Assembly (NCBI GenBank): GCA_030017895.1
Contig: JASEGV010000005.1
Coordinates: 5,988-69,987 of the forward strand
DNA from: Bacteroidota bacterium
GTDB lineage: Bacteria > Bacteroidota > Ignavibacteria > UBA10030 > BY39
Direction: 5' to 3'
Length of the DNA: 64,000 bases
Shown here: positions 40,535 to 50,012 of the stretch, piece by piece
How positions within the stretch are numbered: position 1 is the stretch's first letter
Layout of the letters: every line of letters begins with the position of its first letter
The notes under the pieces: model-generated
What the model was told of the DNA's origin: nothing
What the model saw: only the letters and a program-made list of their open reading frames with translations
Database searches by the model: none
Program-made: the position numbers and the translations under genes

Positions 40535-43500
40535 CTACTTCATCAAGACCATCTTCTTGATTTGCGAGAATTTAGCTGCATTCTCGCCTACACCATCGGC
40601 AGTAATTTGATAGAAGTAAATACCGGACGATAAATTGCCGGCTTCAAATTCTACATCATTACGACCTTCGGTAAAGAGTTCGCGGTTAGCTAAAGTTGCA
40701 ACTTCCTGACCAAGAACGTTGTAAACCTTCAAGGTTACTATTGCATCTTCAGGTAATATGAACTGAATTGTAGTCGATGGGTTGAATGGGTTCGGATAGT
40801 TTTGAGCTAACTCAAATATATCCGGTACTTGACTGTAATTGCTTTCGTCCGAAAGGTTGACTGAAATTAGTCCACTCGAACGTAAAACTGTAACATCCTT
40901 TAGGAAGTTTACGCCAGTAAGTACAGTCTTTGCCGCAAAACTTGCAGAATCAAAACTGCTGGAAGCAAATGCGGTATTGATTTCACGAATTGCATTATAG
41001 TAATCAAGTGCATCACCAAGTTTTGATGTCATTGCAGCACTTGCTTCGGCAGCAAGTACTTCAACCGTCTTACCTTGATGTCCAACAACTGAACCTTGGT
41101 AAATTAAATCACCAAAGCCAGGTTCTGTATGACCTTTGTAACTTGCAGCAATACCTAACTTTAAAGCTACAATTTCTGCAAACAACTTGTTATTGTGCTT
41201 TGATGGTGGTAACGATTTTTGTCCTTTTAAGAACAACTTCGTGCCCAAGTTAACAAAGAATCCAGGATCACCATCGTGAATACCGGTTTTATCCCTTAAC
41301 GATTTTTGTACATCGCCCGGTTTTGCCATAAGTACCCAACCGGTTGTTTTGGGATCGCCAACAGTACCAACGAGTAAGCCACCATCGGCTGCGAAACCGC
41401 CACCCGCATAAACTTCGTTAATGAGGTTTGCATAAGTTGGTGCCGGTAATTCTAAATATTCAGTTGTTGGTAGAAGATTGATAGCATGAGCTGGTTTGGG
41501 AATTGTTGCACCAAACCATGCCTTCTTTATCTGTTGTGGTTTTCCTTTGGCGCTATAACCTGAAATTGTTATAGTTGCACCTGCGGCAACAGTGCCATTT
41601 GAGAAGTCGAACTTCTTCTTTGTGTCGCCTGCAACTGTAGTAAACGGAGCATATTCCATTGGACGGGTAGAATTAACATCGTTCTTGAATTGAATGTGTA
41701 ATTCAGTAGCCTCTACTAATAAAGGATTCGTTAGTGTGAATTCCCAGTAACCGCCGATGTTCTTCTTCTTTGTAGCTTTCGGGAGTTTACCTTTAGTATC
41801 GAGAACAACTATATCCTCGTGCCTGAAGCTTCGATACTTGGTATTATCAGCAGTTGAACTTAATGCAAAGTCTCTTGTTGCAAAAGTTAAACCACTTGTA
41901 TTTACATCGATCGAATAATTACCACTTGCAGGAGCAAGAATATATTTACCTTCCGGTGTTACTATTGTTTCTGTATATACATCTTTTTTGGCAAGGAAAC
42001 TGTATAAACCACTGGCAGGAGTAGTAGTGGTCAAGTTATTAGCTGAGTTTACGCCGGTTAAATTAACAACAACTCCGTTAATACCCGGTTCGCCGAAATC
42101 GGCAACACCGTTACGGTTGAAGTCGCTAAATACTTTACCGCTAATGGCTGCCAATTTGAAGTTACCAAAATCTTTATCTACAACAGCTTGACCTGCACCG
42201 TCAATGGTTACAAGATAAGAAGGTGTAGCTGGTAATGTTTTTTCCCATCCTGGTTGTAGAACTTCGGTAATGGTATAGTCACCAAAAACTAAATTGGAGA
42301 AACTATAAATACCACCATCGCCGGTAACTACACTACCACTAATTGGACCTGCTAAATTAATTGTCCAGCCAGAAAGTCCTGGCTCACCGGTTTCTTTTAT
42401 ACCGTTTGCATTCAGATCTTCGAACTTCATACCTGAAATAGAAGCATTTGTAAAGTAGTTACCAAAGTCCATATCACCATACAGTCCGCCGCCACTTGTA
42501 ACTTCGAATTCGTACGTCGGTGGTAAAGTTGTAGGATATGTTTGTATCCATCCTGCTACTTCATTTTCGTAAACCGTATAGAAACTGGGAACGATGTTAT
42601 CGGGAAATTCATATTTACCATCGGCATCTGTTAAAGCAACATAATGATAAGGAGCTAAGTTGATTTCCCAATCTGGGACACCGGGTTCGCCAGCATCTTT
42701 AACTCCATCGCGGTTTACATCTAAGAACTTCATACCTGCGAGGATTGCACCTTCGAGTATCTCGAAGTTATCGAATGCGACACCTTCATCAACTACGTAA
42801 CCATCTGAACCGAAATTAAGTCTGAATCGTACATCACTCAAACCAGCCAATTCTGGTAGCGTGATTGTTACAATTCTCCAACCACCCGGATTTACCACTT
42901 CCGCACCCGACCAAGCTGGGGGTCCAAAAATAAGATCTTCGCCTTCAAGCATATTATACCAGTTGATAGCATTGTCTCTATATGCCCTCACCCAGTCAGT
43001 TCCATCTATTGAATATTCAAATATGGCGGCATCCCATTCGGGTTCAGTCTTGAATGCTAATGCGAATCGTACAATCGGATTAGATAAAGCGCTTAAATCC
43101 ATAAATGGTGAATATACCGCCGCCGTCCAACTAACTACATAATTGGCATTTAAAGGACCAGTTACAAAGCTGTTTGGAGCTGAATACGCGCTGTTAATTG
43201 TTGCTTTTGCTGGTGTTCCTAACAACCAATTATCAGGACCAGGTGAAGTAGCAGCAGAAAGCCAACCACCTTGCACTAAGCCCGTTGCTGTTGCTTTGGG
43301 TGTTGCATCAAAATTGTTAAAATATCCACCAGAGGCATCTACATAAGGTATTACATACAATCCTCTTGTAATAGGTCCATCATTTCCTGGATTTTGATCT
43401 CCAAAATATTCAGTTGTTACTTCTATAACATACTCGCCCGCAGTCGGATGATTAAATGGAAAAGTTCTAAATGTATAATCAACCATACTAAATGGCGGAA

Positions 43501-45508
43501 CATCTATTACATTTTCAACAACATTATACACTTCAACGAACCCGGCGGCATCAAGTATTTTTACTCGTACCGGAATTGTTAGTACGTTGGAGCCATTATT
43601 TTTGACTCTAACTTTTGGATAGGCATTAGCGTTAACTTTTATACCTTCGAGAGGTGGACCAAGTATGCTTACTGGATAAGCATCATAATCCCAAGGGATA
43701 GATATAAACGCATCGGCGCCAGCATCAACAGGTGTATAGTCTGCGCGTAACTGACCATCAATATCGTGTGTGATTGCCGGTGTTAAAGCAACGCCCATTT
43801 GATCGGCAGGAGATGCATCGCCTTGTAAAGTGCTAATGTGAGCAGATAACGGACTGACAAAAAGCGGGTTCTCACCATACTTACTGTTTGCATCAAAACC
43901 GGTTATGGTTTGCCAATCTGCGTACGAACCCACGTAAGCACCGCCACTAGGCCAAGGATTAGGAAATTGAGCGAAAGCGCCAGCATCAACTTGGTAGTAT
44001 AAATTATGATTCGCTGTCATATCCAGCATGCCTGCGGCGCCTTCAGTGAACATTAGATATGTTCTTGTAAAAGCATCTGCGCGGATAGAAGAAAATATGT
44101 TATTCTTAAGTGTAATCTTGTCAGAATAAACTGTACCGCCGCCTGCCCAGTTACCATCGAAAATGAATGCAGTAACGCCGAATGTTTCGCCGGCTGCTAA
44201 GTTAAGGTTTAAAGTGTTGTGATAATATTCAACATCACTGCCGGTTCCATTAGGAGTGCCTGGCGGACCCGTCGGGTTATAAGTAACCCAGTTAAATCCA
44301 CGACCTGGAGCTGCGGTGGCATAATTATGTATATCATAAAACATATTGTTGAAAATTTTCGCCGTAGTTTTTGGTGCAATACCGGTTCCAGCAGTGGTAA
44401 CATTACCGATGAGTAAACATATCGGTCGAGCAGTACCGGATAGTGTAACGATGTTATGAAATTTGTTGTTTGATACAACAACATTTGCATTTCCGCCGCG
44501 AAGAGATACTGGTATCGGGTTGCCAACTATCTTTATACCGTAAAAATCGTTATTATCTATTAAAACATTATTAACGTTTTCCTGGAGACTAATACCTGTA
44601 CATAAATGGTCTAGTACTTGAGTGCTGTTTAGTCCACCGAATATATTGTTAGTAAATGTATAATTATAATCTGCCGGCATTTCAGGAAGCTCTCCTGAAC
44701 CAGCACCGCGGACATATGCTATAGCATTACCTTGCTTGAAATGGTTGTTATGATATGTGATATTAAATTGCGCTCCGAAAGCACCCATACCTAAATTATC
44801 GTTAGATATAAGACCCCAAGCGTTGGAAGTTGAACGGCGGTTGCCTTTTATTACCATATTTTTTACTGTAATATTATTGCAACCCCGGTACATGCCAAGT
44901 GGAGCTCTACCTTGAATATTAACACCAACGGTATCGCATTCAATAGTCCAACTCCTGTCATCACCGCCAGCATTAGACCCGTCTAATAATATACCCATGG
45001 CAGTACGGAAGTTGAATCCACCGGAAAGTCCCGTGTAACTTGTCGTACCAACACCGCCGGAAAATTTAAGAGTAAAAACATTACCGGGGGCGGGTTTGAA
45101 TGTAACAAGGTTAGCCGGACCTTGCCCGACATAACCACCGATAGTTTGTCCCGTGTCGGTATAAGAGACATCAGTGAATAAGAAAGTAACTGGGGCGCTT
45201 ACACCTTCGGCTTGTAATGCTGCGACTGCATTACGCAACATATCGAAGTTGTTAGGTTGTCCAGTGTTTAGCAATCCGATAGTATAAGTCCCGGCGAGGG
45301 CTACCTTGCCCACGCTTTGTGGTCTTACGTAATTATCGGAATGAGGGATAGATGAGTGTTGGGTTCCAACATCATCGCCAATAACTTCTCTTTGAAGTTG
45401 TTGAGATGACTTAGAATTTAACCCATCTTTGTTATCTACGGCGAACGCAAAAGTAGTGCACATCACTAAGATTGCGAACACAGTAAACAAATTAAGGAAT
45501 CGAGTCAT
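40535..45508 (-). CDS. Large secreted T9SS cargo/adhesin: beta-helix, CARDB-like, MAM/jelly-roll-like, three SdrD-B-like repeats, unassigned Lys-rich domain, tail
   Basis: 'I.NN.F..I' beta-helix repeats; 'G.KF.D.N.(D/N)G.K..GEPG' three times; QNYPNPFNP...KKMVLMK; AGGAGG SD. Confidence 0.87.
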   Translation of the reverse strand: MTRFLNLFTVFAILVMCTTFAFAVDNKDGLNSKSSQQLQREVIGDDVGTQHSSIPHSDNYVRPQSVGKVALAGTYTIGLLNTGQPNNFDMLRNAVAALQAEGVSAPVTFLFTDVSYTDTGQTIGGYVGQGPANLVTFKPAPGNVFTLKFSGGVGTTSYTGLSGGFNFRTAMGILLDGSNAGGDDRSWTIECDTVGVNIQGRAPLGMYRGCNNITVKNMVIKGNRRSTSNAWGLISNDNLGMGAFGAQFNITYHNNHFKQGNAIAYVRGAGSGELPEMPADYNYTFTNNIFGGLNSTQVLDHLCTGISLQENVNNVLIDNNDFYGIKIVGNPIPVSLRGGNANVVVSNNKFHNIVTLSGTARPICLLIGNVTTAGTGIAPKTTAKIFNNMFYDIHNYATAAPGRGFNWVTYNPTGPPGTPNGTGSDVEYYHNTLNLNLAAGETFGVTAFIFDGNWAGGGTVYSDKITLKNNIFSSIRADAFTRTYLMFTEGAAGMLDMTANHNLYYQVDAGAFAQFPNPWPSGGAYVGSYADWQTITGFDANSKYGENPLFVSPLSAHISTLQGDASPADQMGVALTPAITHDIDGQLRADYTPVDAGADAFISIPWDYDAYPVSILGPPLEGIKVNANAYPKVRVKNNGSNVLTIPVRVKILDAAGFVEVYNVVENVIDVPPFSMVDYTFRTFPFNHPTAGEYVIEVTTEYFGDQNPGNDGPITRGLYVIPYVDASGGYFNNFDATPKATATGLVQGGWLSAATSPGPDNWLLGTPAKATINSAYSAPNSFVTGPLNANYVVSWTAAVYSPFMDLSALSNPIVRFALAFKTEPEWDAAIFEYSIDGTDWVRAYRDNAINWYNMLEGEDLIFGPPAWSGAEVVNPGGWRIVTITLPELAGLSDVRFRLNFGSDGYVVDEGVAFDNFEILEGAILAGMKFLDVNRDGVKDAGEPGVPDWEINLAPYHYVALTDADGKYEFPDNIVPSFYTVYENEVAGWIQTYPTTLPPTYEFEVTSGGGLYGDMDFGNYFTNASISGMKFEDLNANGIKETGEPGLSGWTINLAGPISGSVVTGDGGIYSFSNLVFGDYTITEVLQPGWEKTLPATPSYLVTIDGAGQAVVDKDFGNFKLAAISGKVFSDFNRNGVADFGEPGINGVVVNLTGVNSANNLTTTTPASGLYSFLAKKDVYTETIVTPEGKYILAPASGNYSIDVNTSGLTFATRDFALSSTADNTKYRSFRHEDIVVLDTKGKLPKATKKKNIGGYWEFTLTNPLLVEATELHIQFKNDVNSTRPMEYAPFTTVAGDTKKKFDFSNGTVAAGATITISGYSAKGKPQQIKKAWFGATIPKPAHAINLLPTTEYLELPAPTYANLINEVYAGGGFAADGGLLVGTVGDPKTTGWVLMAKPGDVQKSLRDKTGIHDGDPGFFVNLGTKLFLKGQKSLPPSKHNNKLFAEIVALKLGIAASYKGHTEPGFGDLIYQGSVVGHQGKTVEVLAAEASAAMTSKLGDALDYYNAIREINTAFASSSFDSASFAAKTVLTGVNFLKDVTVLRSSGLISVNLSDESNYSQVPDIFELAQNYPNPFNPSTTIQFILPEDAIVTLKVYNVLGQEVATLANRELFTEGRNDVEFEAGNLSSGIYFYQITADGVGENAAKFSQIKKMVLMK

Positions 45509-45773
45509 AAAATCCTCCTATAGTTTTTTGATTGTTTGTTGATTAATTGAAACATTGATTTAAGGTTTGTTTGTTTTGTTATGTATTTTTTGAATTAATA
45601 TAATAAATCTGAGAACTCTTGGGTTGAGAAGAAATGTATTCCAGGCAATTACTCCTTTCAAATATTTTATTTGATTACTAAAAATAATTATTTAAAATTT
45701 CAATAGTTACAGAAACATCTTACTAATTTTGCGCGCTTACTACTTTGTTTTCGGGTATTATATTTTCTAAAGC

Positions 45774-45802
45774 AATCTAATACTTTTTTTAACAACAGTC
45801 AA
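45774..45802 (-). promoter_or_regulatory. sigma70-type promoter, proximal, of the T9SS array
   Basis: TTGACT-N17(GTTGTTAAAAAAAGTAT)-TAGATT. Confidence 0.6.
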
Positions 45803-45824
45803 GTGTTAAGTAAAATCTGATATA

Positions 45825-45852
45825 AATATAATGTTTTTTTAATAGAAGTCAA
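45825..45852 (-). promoter_or_regulatory. sigma70-type promoter, distal, of the T9SS array
   Basis: TTGACT-N16(TCTATTAAAAAAACAT)-TATATT. Confidence 0.6.
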
Positions 45853-45951
45853 GTATTTTATTAAGAAAAATAAAAAAATATTTTGCTGAAAATTTGTTGT
45901 TTTTCGTGTTAAATTGAAACACTTATAAAACGTGCAAATTACACTGTTTTA

Positions 45952-46084
45952 CTGAAGTTACGCAGAATTGACTTTTTGTCATGTTGAGCGAAGCGAAACA
46001 TCTAAAAATAGTCTGAATTTGAGGTTTCAGATTCTTCTCCCGCTCTACGAGCGGGATCAGAATGACTCTTTTGCGTAACTTCAG
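45952..46084 (+). mobile_element. MITE-A copy 3 (133 bp)
   Basis: Perfect TIRs; exact 8-bp TSD CTGTTTTA (45944-45951 and 46085-46092). Confidence 0.93.
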
Positions 46085-46101
46085 CTGTTTTAAGTGTATT
46101 T

Positions 46102-47154
46102 CTAAAAAATATTATTTATTAACACTATTGCCGTCATTGCCTCGGCAACCGGAACGATTCGAGGGCAAATACACGGGTCGTGCCTGCCTTTTATCTGCAA
46201 GCTTCGCTTATTTCCCGCAACGTTCACAGTCGTTTGGGATTGAAAGATTGAGGAGGTCGGCTTAACGGCGATACGAAAAATAATTTCTTCGCCCGTAGTA
46301 ATACCTCCTAAAACCCCACCCGCATAGTTGGTGCGAGTCCGCATCCGTTTTAGTTTTTTATCGAAAAAAAATTCATCATTGTTTTGGCTTCCATAAATTT
46401 CAGCCGCGTGAAAACCTGAACCGATTTCAAATCCTTTAACTGCAGGAATCGATAACATTGCCTTTGCAAGTTCAGCATCAAGTTTGTTGAACACCGGCTC
46501 GCCTATACCGGGCGAACAACCTTGAACGACAACTTCAACAATTCCACCAACCGAGTCGCCGGCTTTCATTACTTCTAAAATTTTCTTCTCCATTTTTTTA
46601 GCAGCATTAGCATCGGGGCAGCGAACTAAATTTTTTTCTATTTCAGCGTAGTCGATTTTTTTTGCTTCTATACCTGCAACCGATTTTGTGTATGCGATAA
46701 TTTTTATTTTGTGCTGAGCTAATATTTTTTTAGCTATTGCACCTGCGGCAACACGACCGATAGTTTCTCTGCCCGATGCGCGTCCGCCGCCGCGGTAATC
46801 GTATATCCCGTATTTTGAATAGTACGAAAAATCGGCATGTCCTGGACGGAAGATGTTTTTGATATTTTCGTAATCTTCGGAACGCTTTTCCTTGTTCCAA
46901 ACAATTATGCAAATCGGAGTGCCGAGTGTTTTGCCTTCGAAAACTCCGCTCAATATTTCAGCTTTATCTTCTTCCTGCCGCTGGGTTGTAATAGCGCTTT
47001 GTCCGGGTCGCCGGCGGTCAAGCTCTTTTTGAATATCTTCCAGCGATAATGCTAACTTCGATGGCACACCATCAACCACAACACCTACAGCTTTGCCGTG
47101 GCTTTCGCCGAATGTTGTAACTCTGAATTTTTCACCATAAGTATTACCTGACAT
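46102..47154 (-). CDS. aroC: Chorismate synthase
   Basis: FGESHG, RPGHAD, 'GGRASGRET', VKPTSSI, GRHDPC. Confidence 0.96.
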   Translation of the reverse strand: MSGNTYGEKFRVTTFGESHGKAVGVVVDGVPSKLALSLEDIQKELDRRRPGQSAITTQRQEEDKAEILSGVFEGKTLGTPICIIVWNKEKRSEDYENIKNIFRPGHADFSYYSKYGIYDYRGGGRASGRETIGRVAAGAIAKKILAQHKIKIIAYTKSVAGIEAKKIDYAEIEKNLVRCPDANAAKKMEKKILEVMKAGDSVGGIVEVVVQGCSPGIGEPVFNKLDAELAKAMLSIPAVKGFEIGSGFHAAEIYGSQNNDEFFFDKKLKRMRTRTNYAGGVLGGITTGEEIIFRIAVKPTSSIFQSQTTVNVAGNKRSLQIKGRHDPCICPRIVPVAEAMTAIVLINNIF

Positions 47155-47264
47155 AATCATGCCTTCTTAATCTGTGCTTATCCGTTTAATCTGTGTCCAT
47201 TCGTGGTCCATTTATATCTGGTAAAATAGAACACTGATTGTTTTATCCATTTCATATTCATCAA

Positions 47265-48533
47265 TTAAAGATAAAGTTTTTCAAATTCATACCAAAAAAT
47301 CGGGAACGATTTTTTAACACAACCTGGATTTTTAATTCTGATATTCGGGATTTTTAAACCCGCAACTGCAAAACTCATAGCTATTCTGTGGTCGTTATAA
47401 GTATTTATCTCAGCACCAATATATTTTTCCTTCGGCACAATTTCAAGTCCGCCATCGAACTCTGTAACTTCAGCACCTAACTTCCGCAATTCTGTTGCCA
47501 TTGCAAACAGCCGGTCTGATTCTTTATGACGTAAATGAGCAACGTTCTCAATATTAGTCTTCCCTTTTGCAAATAATGCAATTACTGCTAAAGTCGGAAC
47601 CATATCGGGCATATCGTTCATATCAATTGTGAGACCTGATAGTTCCGAGCTACCAACGACTGTAATCCCCTCAACCCCGAAATAATCGGGGTGAACATCC
47701 TTAATTACTTTACATCCCATTTTTTGGAGGACTTCCAAAAAACCGGCATCACCTTGTTTGGATTGCGAATTTAAGTTTTGCACAGTAACTTTTCCACCAG
47801 TTACTGCTGCGGCTGCAAAGAAATAAGATGCCGATGAATAATCCCCCTCTATTATATATGTAGTGGGTTGGTATCGTTTTGTACTATTAATATAGTAACC
47901 GTTTGTTTTTTCTTGAACATCAGCACCAAATGATTGCATTACTTCGTATGTAATATCAAGATACGGCTTTGAAGCGATCTGACCGCTCAGCAGCAAATCG
48001 ACATTGCTTGCCGCATAAGGGGCTATCAATAATATAGAAGAAACAAACTGGCTGCTTTTAGAAGCGTCGATGCGAACGGTTCCCCCCATTAATTTTCCAC
48101 CATAAATTTTTACAGGCGGGTAGCCGTTGTTTGTTTCTGTTCTGATCCCAAGCTGTTCAAGTGCAGTAGTTAAATCACCAATCGGTCGTAAGTTCATCCG
48201 TTCGTCGCCATATATTATAGTAGAACCATCGGCTAATGCTGCAAAACCTGCAAGAAAGCGCATTGTTGTGCCTGCGTTTCCGACAAATAAATCTGAATCA
48301 GGCGCCTTAATTTTTCCTCCGGTACCTGTTACAATCAACTTGTTTCCAATTTCTTCGATGCCAACACCAAGTTTCCGCAACGCATCTATCATAAGCCGGC
48401 AGTCGTCGGCGGTTGAGAAATTCATTATTTCCGAAATACCATTTGCTAAAGCTGCAGCAATCAATGCCCGGTTTGTAATACTCTTTGATGTTGGAACATT
48501 AACCACAGCGTTCACTCTTTCTATTTTTGTCAT
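47265..48533 (-). CDS. aroA: 3-phosphoshikimate 1-carboxyvinyltransferase
   Basis: SKSITNR, GNAGTTMRF, SSQFVS, KESDR, DHRIAM, KSFP. Confidence 0.96.
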   Translation of the reverse strand: MTKIERVNAVVNVPTSKSITNRALIAAALANGISEIMNFSTADDCRLMIDALRKLGVGIEEIGNKLIVTGTGGKIKAPDSDLFVGNAGTTMRFLAGFAALADGSTIIYGDERMNLRPIGDLTTALEQLGIRTETNNGYPPVKIYGGKLMGGTVRIDASKSSQFVSSILLIAPYAASNVDLLLSGQIASKPYLDITYEVMQSFGADVQEKTNGYYINSTKRYQPTTYIIEGDYSSASYFFAAAAVTGGKVTVQNLNSQSKQGDAGFLEVLQKMGCKVIKDVHPDYFGVEGITVVGSSELSGLTIDMNDMPDMVPTLAVIALFAKGKTNIENVAHLRHKESDRLFAMATELRKLGAEVTEFDGGLEIVPKEKYIGAEINTYNDHRIAMSFAVAGLKIPNIRIKNPGCVKKSFPIFWYEFEKLYL

Positions 48534-49942
48534 ATAACTGATTTAAAAAATTCTTGCTGCAATTTTGCCTGAGATTCAAATATTTTTGTCCCCGGAATAA
48601 TCTGGCAGCCGGTTTCGGCAGCATCACGCAATAGTTTTGTAACCTTCGGAGTATAAACAAAATCGACGACTAACATTTTTTTATTTAACAGTGTTTTAGG
48701 AATTGGTGATGCGTCAGTATTCGGTACCATACCAACCGGAGTAGTATTAATTATTGCATCCATCTTCTTAATTTTTTGAATATCTTCGAGAGAACTGAAT
48801 TCACATTTAAATTTTTTAGCAAGAATTTTAGCCTTCTTTAAATTCCTACCAAAGATATGAACATTACCGCCACATTTTTTAGCGGCATAAATAGCACTTC
48901 GGGCAGTGCCGCCGGTCCCTAACACAGCTACCGATTTACCGTTTAATAATTTTTCAAAAATCATTACAGCCGCTAACGCATCAGTATTATAACCGACAAA
49001 ACCTTCTGTCGTCTTTATAATAGTATTCACAGAACCGGTGGCTTCCGCCTCATCAGACCGGTTTTTCAATAATTTAGCTGCTTCCTCTTTATGTGGAATT
49101 GTAATGCTTATACCTTGCAGATACTCTAAGTATGTTCTAAAAAAATTTCCGAAATCATCCGTTAAAAAGTTTACATACACTGCATTTAATTTATTCTTCT
49201 TGAAAAATTTATTGTGTATATAAATACCACGGCTATGCGAAACCGGATTCCCCGCCAATCCGAAAATTTTAGTTTGTTCATTTATTGATCTGTAGTTATA
49301 AACTTCCAATAATTTTTTTACAGGAATTTGTCCCGGTGCAGTTTCATCCCCCTCGCCGAGAGAGCAATATGTTATGCATCCGCCAAAGCGGGGCGCAAGT
49401 ATTCGGCTGGTTTCACCCCGCTCTCCCATACAAAAGGCTGATAATTTTATATGCTCTTTTTTTGCTACTTTCAATAAACGAAATATTTGCAGATTTTCAG
49501 ATATATTATTGGCGCAGGTTGCTATTTTGATGTATGAGGGGAATAAATTTTTAATACCAAGATATGGATGTAATACGCTTCTCCATACATTAGAAAAATT
49601 ATGATACGACAAAATTATTTTCGTTTTATGAAGATAAGAGAATTTGATTATATCTAATACAATTTTTTTCTTCGATTTATATTCGATATCTATATATTCT
49701 GCCCCCAACTCAATTGCCTTATATAATAGAGCAATTCGTTTGTCTTCTGATATTCGACGAGTCGGGACAGACGGGCGGTTTGTGATAATTACACCAGGAC
49801 GCGGCTGAGATAAGAGTTGCTCAATATCGAGATCAACTATATTTTCAACACGTATCTCAACAACGTCAGCTAATTTTCCCGCTTTTAACAAGAGTTCGCG
49901 GGCTTCTTTCATATTTTTGGGGGCTATGCTAACGCAAATCAT
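48530..49942 (-). CDS. aroDE: Bifunctional type I 3-dehydroquinate dehydratase / shikimate dehydrogenase (AroD-AroE fusion)
   Basis: N-terminal EIR, YIDIE, SYHNF, FCMGERG, APGQ; C-terminal TIPHK, VNT, GYNTD, GTGGTAR, NTTPVGM. Confidence 0.92.
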   Translation of the reverse strand: MICVSIAPKNMKEARELLLKAGKLADVVEIRVENIVDLDIEQLLSQPRPGVIITNRPSVPTRRISEDKRIALLYKAIELGAEYIDIEYKSKKKIVLDIIKFSYLHKTKIILSYHNFSNVWRSVLHPYLGIKNLFPSYIKIATCANNISENLQIFRLLKVAKKEHIKLSAFCMGERGETSRILAPRFGGCITYCSLGEGDETAPGQIPVKKLLEVYNYRSINEQTKIFGLAGNPVSHSRGIYIHNKFFKKNKLNAVYVNFLTDDFGNFFRTYLEYLQGISITIPHKEEAAKLLKNRSDEAEATGSVNTIIKTTEGFVGYNTDALAAVMIFEKLLNGKSVAVLGTGGTARSAIYAAKKCGGNVHIFGRNLKKAKILAKKFKCEFSSLEDIQKIKKMDAIINTTPVGMVPNTDASPIPKTLLNKKMLVVDFVYTPKVTKLLRDAAETGCQIIPGTKIFESQAKLQQEFFKSVI

Positions 49943-50012
49943 AAAAGATTGTTATTCCTATGTATTAAAATGTTTTGCCACTAAAACACTAAAGCACGAA
50001 ATTCTACCAAAT

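Noticed and set aside
40406..40633. Short ORFs starting at the MITE's AGAATGAC (also 46062-46265)
   Set aside because: The ATG comes from the repeat, and the remainder is antisense to real genes
17358..45508. Diversity-generating retroelement or invertase shufflon acting on the cargo array
   Set aside because: No reverse transcriptase or recombinase, no adenine-specific TR/VR pair seen, and all genes lie on one strand
40296..46084. Composite transposon that delivered the 1657-aa gene
   Set aside because: The outer flanks do not form a TSD and copy 3 has its own 8-bp TSD, indicating independent insertions
46625..46665. Poly-T/poly-A tracts in aroC as phase-variation sites
   Set aside because: Tracts of 7-8 nt are common in this AT-rich DNA and the frame is intact
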